A stretch of 64,000 nucleotides of DNA, taken from the NCBI GenBank assembly GCA_963796685.1, contig CAWCMR010000005.1, positions 32,001-96,000 of the forward strand. Reading direction: 5' to 3'. The notes under the pieces were generated by a model. It ran no database searches. It had not been told where the DNA came from and saw only the letters and a list, made by a program, of their open reading frames with translations. Position numbers and translations under genes: made by a program. This DNA comes from an uncultured delta proteobacterium. GTDB taxonomy: Bacteria > Myxococcota_A > Polyangia > Fen-1088. Position 1 is the first letter of the stretch. Each line of letters starts with the position of its first letter. This document shows, piece by piece, positions 61,992 to 64,000 of this stretch.

Positions 61992-63535
61992 CGCTGCCGC
62001 GCCCGCTCAGATTTCTGACCAAGGATCGAGAATCCGGGTGGACGTTCACGCTCGTCGTCTGCGTTCCCTACCTGGCTTTCCTCATCTGGATGCACGTGCA
62101 CCACGAAATGTGGCGCGACGAGATCCACGCCTGGACGCTTTCCCGCCTGGTGCACGGGTTCTGGGAGCTGGTGACCGGTGACCGCATCTACGCCGGACAT
62201 CCTCCGCTTTGGTACTGGTACCTGCGCGTGTGGACGTGGTTCATGGAATCGGCCTGGGGCATCCAGGCCGCCACCGCGGCGGCGGCCGTGGCCGCTGCGG
62301 CGCTGCTGCTTCGCTTCGCGCCGTTCCCGCGCTACCTCAAGGTGATGCTGCTCTTCTCGTACTATTTCGGCTTCGAGTATTCGGTCATGGCACGCAATTA
62401 CGTGCTCGGCTGGCTTCTCTTGTGCCTCTTCTGCGCCCTCTACCACCCTGTCCGCATCCGCTACTTCGCCCTGGCGATCGCGCTGGCCCTGCTGTCCCTC
62501 ACCAGCATCTACGGCCTCATCATGTGTATCTTTCTGCTCGGGTTCTTCGTCCTGGACCAATTCAGGGTGTCGAATGCACGTCCGGGCCTGCGACCGGCCG
62601 AGCACACCTTCGTCACCTCGCCGCGCATCTTCGCGACCATCGCCATCGTATCGGTGGCGATGCTCTTTTGCGTGCTCACCATCGAGCCGCCCGATCCCAA
62701 TCCGTTCTCACCCGCCTTCAACTTCGCCGCGCTGACGCCATCGGCATTGCCCAACATGCTGTACCGGGTGACCGCGGGCATTCTGCCTTGGCGGAAAGCC
62801 ACCATCGCCGATTTCTGGGGTATGTCGTGCACCCTGTGGGATGCCACGTCGACCTGGCCCAAGTACGTGGGGGCGGCTCTCTTGCTTCTGGCGACGCTCG
62901 CGCTTTATCCCTCGTGGCGTCTGATGTTGGCCTACCTGGGCGCGGTCGCGACCATGATGGCCTTCCAAGAGGCGCGGTTCGAGGGTGCACCCCGCCACTG
63001 GGGACACTTCTTCATGTTCCTGGTGTCCGTGTGCTGGCTCGTACGATTGCAATTCCCGAAGCGATCGCACTGGTTCTCGACGCTCTTGCTCACCGGCATC
63101 TTGGCCGTGCAGGTGCAAGGCCTGGTCGCCGCCACCGTCGTGGACACGCGCGAGGTCTTTTCGGGCGGTCGCGATGCCGCCGCCTTCATCCGCAAAGCGG
63201 GCCTGCAGGATCTGCCCTTCGTCGCCGGCCCGGACTACACCGCTGCCACGGTCGCGGGCTATCTGCGCCGGCCGTTCTACGCCGCCGAGACCGCCGAATA
63301 CGACGAGAACGTGGTCTTCCACAATCGCCGCCGTCCGTTCTCTCCGCAAGAGCTGATGAACCGTGCGGTGGGTGTCCTGCGCGAACGGAACAGCCCCGTG
63401 TTGCTGGTTTGCAACCAGTGGCTTCCCGATCCACCGCCGGGCATCCGGCGCACGCTGCTCTTCACCAGTCGCCCCGGCATCGTCGCAGACGAGGACTTCT
63501 CGGTGTATCGGTTGGAAGCCCAGGCGGAGCCGTAG
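61988..63535 (+). CDS. Polytopic membrane protein, GT-C-like
   Basis: HHEMWRDEIHAW, GHPPLWY, EYSVMARNY; about 11 TM segments. Confidence 0.7.
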   Translation: MTLPRPLRFLTKDRESGWTFTLVVCVPYLAFLIWMHVHHEMWRDEIHAWTLSRLVHGFWELVTGDRIYAGHPPLWYWYLRVWTWFMESAWGIQAATAAAAVAAAALLLRFAPFPRYLKVMLLFSYYFGFEYSVMARNYVLGWLLLCLFCALYHPVRIRYFALAIALALLSLTSIYGLIMCIFLLGFFVLDQFRVSNARPGLRPAEHTFVTSPRIFATIAIVSVAMLFCVLTIEPPDPNPFSPAFNFAALTPSALPNMLYRVTAGILPWRKATIADFWGMSCTLWDATSTWPKYVGAALLLLATLALYPSWRLMLAYLGAVATMMAFQEARFEGAPRHWGHFFMFLVSVCWLVRLQFPKRSHWFSTLLLTGILAVQVQGLVAATVVDTREVFSGGRDAAAFIRKAGLQDLPFVAGPDYTAATVAGYLRRPFYAAETAEYDENVVFHNRRRPFSPQELMNRAVGVLRERNSPVLLVCNQWLPDPPPGIRRTLLFTSRPGIVADEDFSVYRLEAQAEP

Positions 63536-64000
63536 CTACCAGCGCGCCATCAAGGCCGCGTTGCCGTCGGTCGAGTATCCGCGCTTGGCCAAGGCAAAGG
63601 GCGGTTCGACCGCGACCACGCCGAATTCGCCGTTGCGCAACAGGCGGGTCAAGGTCTCGCGCTCGTTGCCGATGAAGTCGTTGGCCTCGCTGGGAAAGAG
63701 GAGATACTCGGCGTCGGCTTCGTTGCTGATGGTCAGGTTGTAGGCGTCGGGCCGGTTCGAGACGAACGGGGTGGTGAAGCCCGATCCGGAAACCTTCGCC
63801 CGCGGCGGCAGGTGGCGCAGCAGCCGCACGGCCGCGTCGTGGCGGCGCTTGCCTTCGGCGTCGATGCCGAAGGTGTACTTGATGGGACCGCCGTACGAAT
63901 TGGCGTGCTGGAAAATCGCGCCGAATTGGTAGCTCAAGGGCAACGTCATGCAAATCAGGGTCGCGAGCGCCGCGCGCCGCTGGATCGCCCCCAAGCCCGA
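63536..64000 (-). CDS. C-terminal part of a membrane protein (5' end outside window)
   Basis: Open frame with GC3 bias running off the window edge. Confidence 0.6.
   Translation of the reverse strand, partial: SGLGAIQRRAALATLICMTLPLSYQFGAIFQHANSYGGPIKYTFGIDAEGKRRHDAAVRLLRHLPPRAKVSGSGFTTPFVSNRPDAYNLTISNEADAEYLLFPSEANDFIGNERETLTRLLRNGEFGVVAVEPPFALAKRGYSTDGNAALMARW

Overview
High-GC bacterial DNA. The Ser/Thr kinases, Gly/Thr-linker lipoproteins, Cys-rich repeats and many sigma54 sites suggest Myxococcota/Polyangia, but this is inference. Positions 1 to ~51.5 kb look like an accessory region built up at the 3' end of a suf operon. It holds two diverged 5'-truncated 'sufS-sufU-sufT copies (2031-3301 and 9754-10978), each followed by IS91/ISCR-family transposase remnants, and a third ~89-bp sufT 3' tip (51474-51562) next to the convergent stop of a GH8 gene. 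The last 49 bp around that GH8 stop are also duplicated around a toxin-antitoxin pair. Cargo includes T6SS-type genes (PAAR-like, DUF2169, Tae4/Tai4), a HAD + wHTH/PLD-like/TIR + epimerase operon (candidate defence or nucleotide-signalling system), many gene fragments, secreted CAZymes (GH5, PL1), a FIST-kinase pair, and a 34-50.6 kb block of stress genes with about 11 sigma54-like promoters. From ~51.6 kb the genes look more like core chromosome (GH8, Cys-rich lipoprotein, RecQ, alcohol dehydrogenase, membrane proteins). Several long genes have single-base frameshifts, from decay or sequencing error. I saw no rRNA, tRNA or CRISPR array. All family calls come from recognising motifs by eye; no database search was run.
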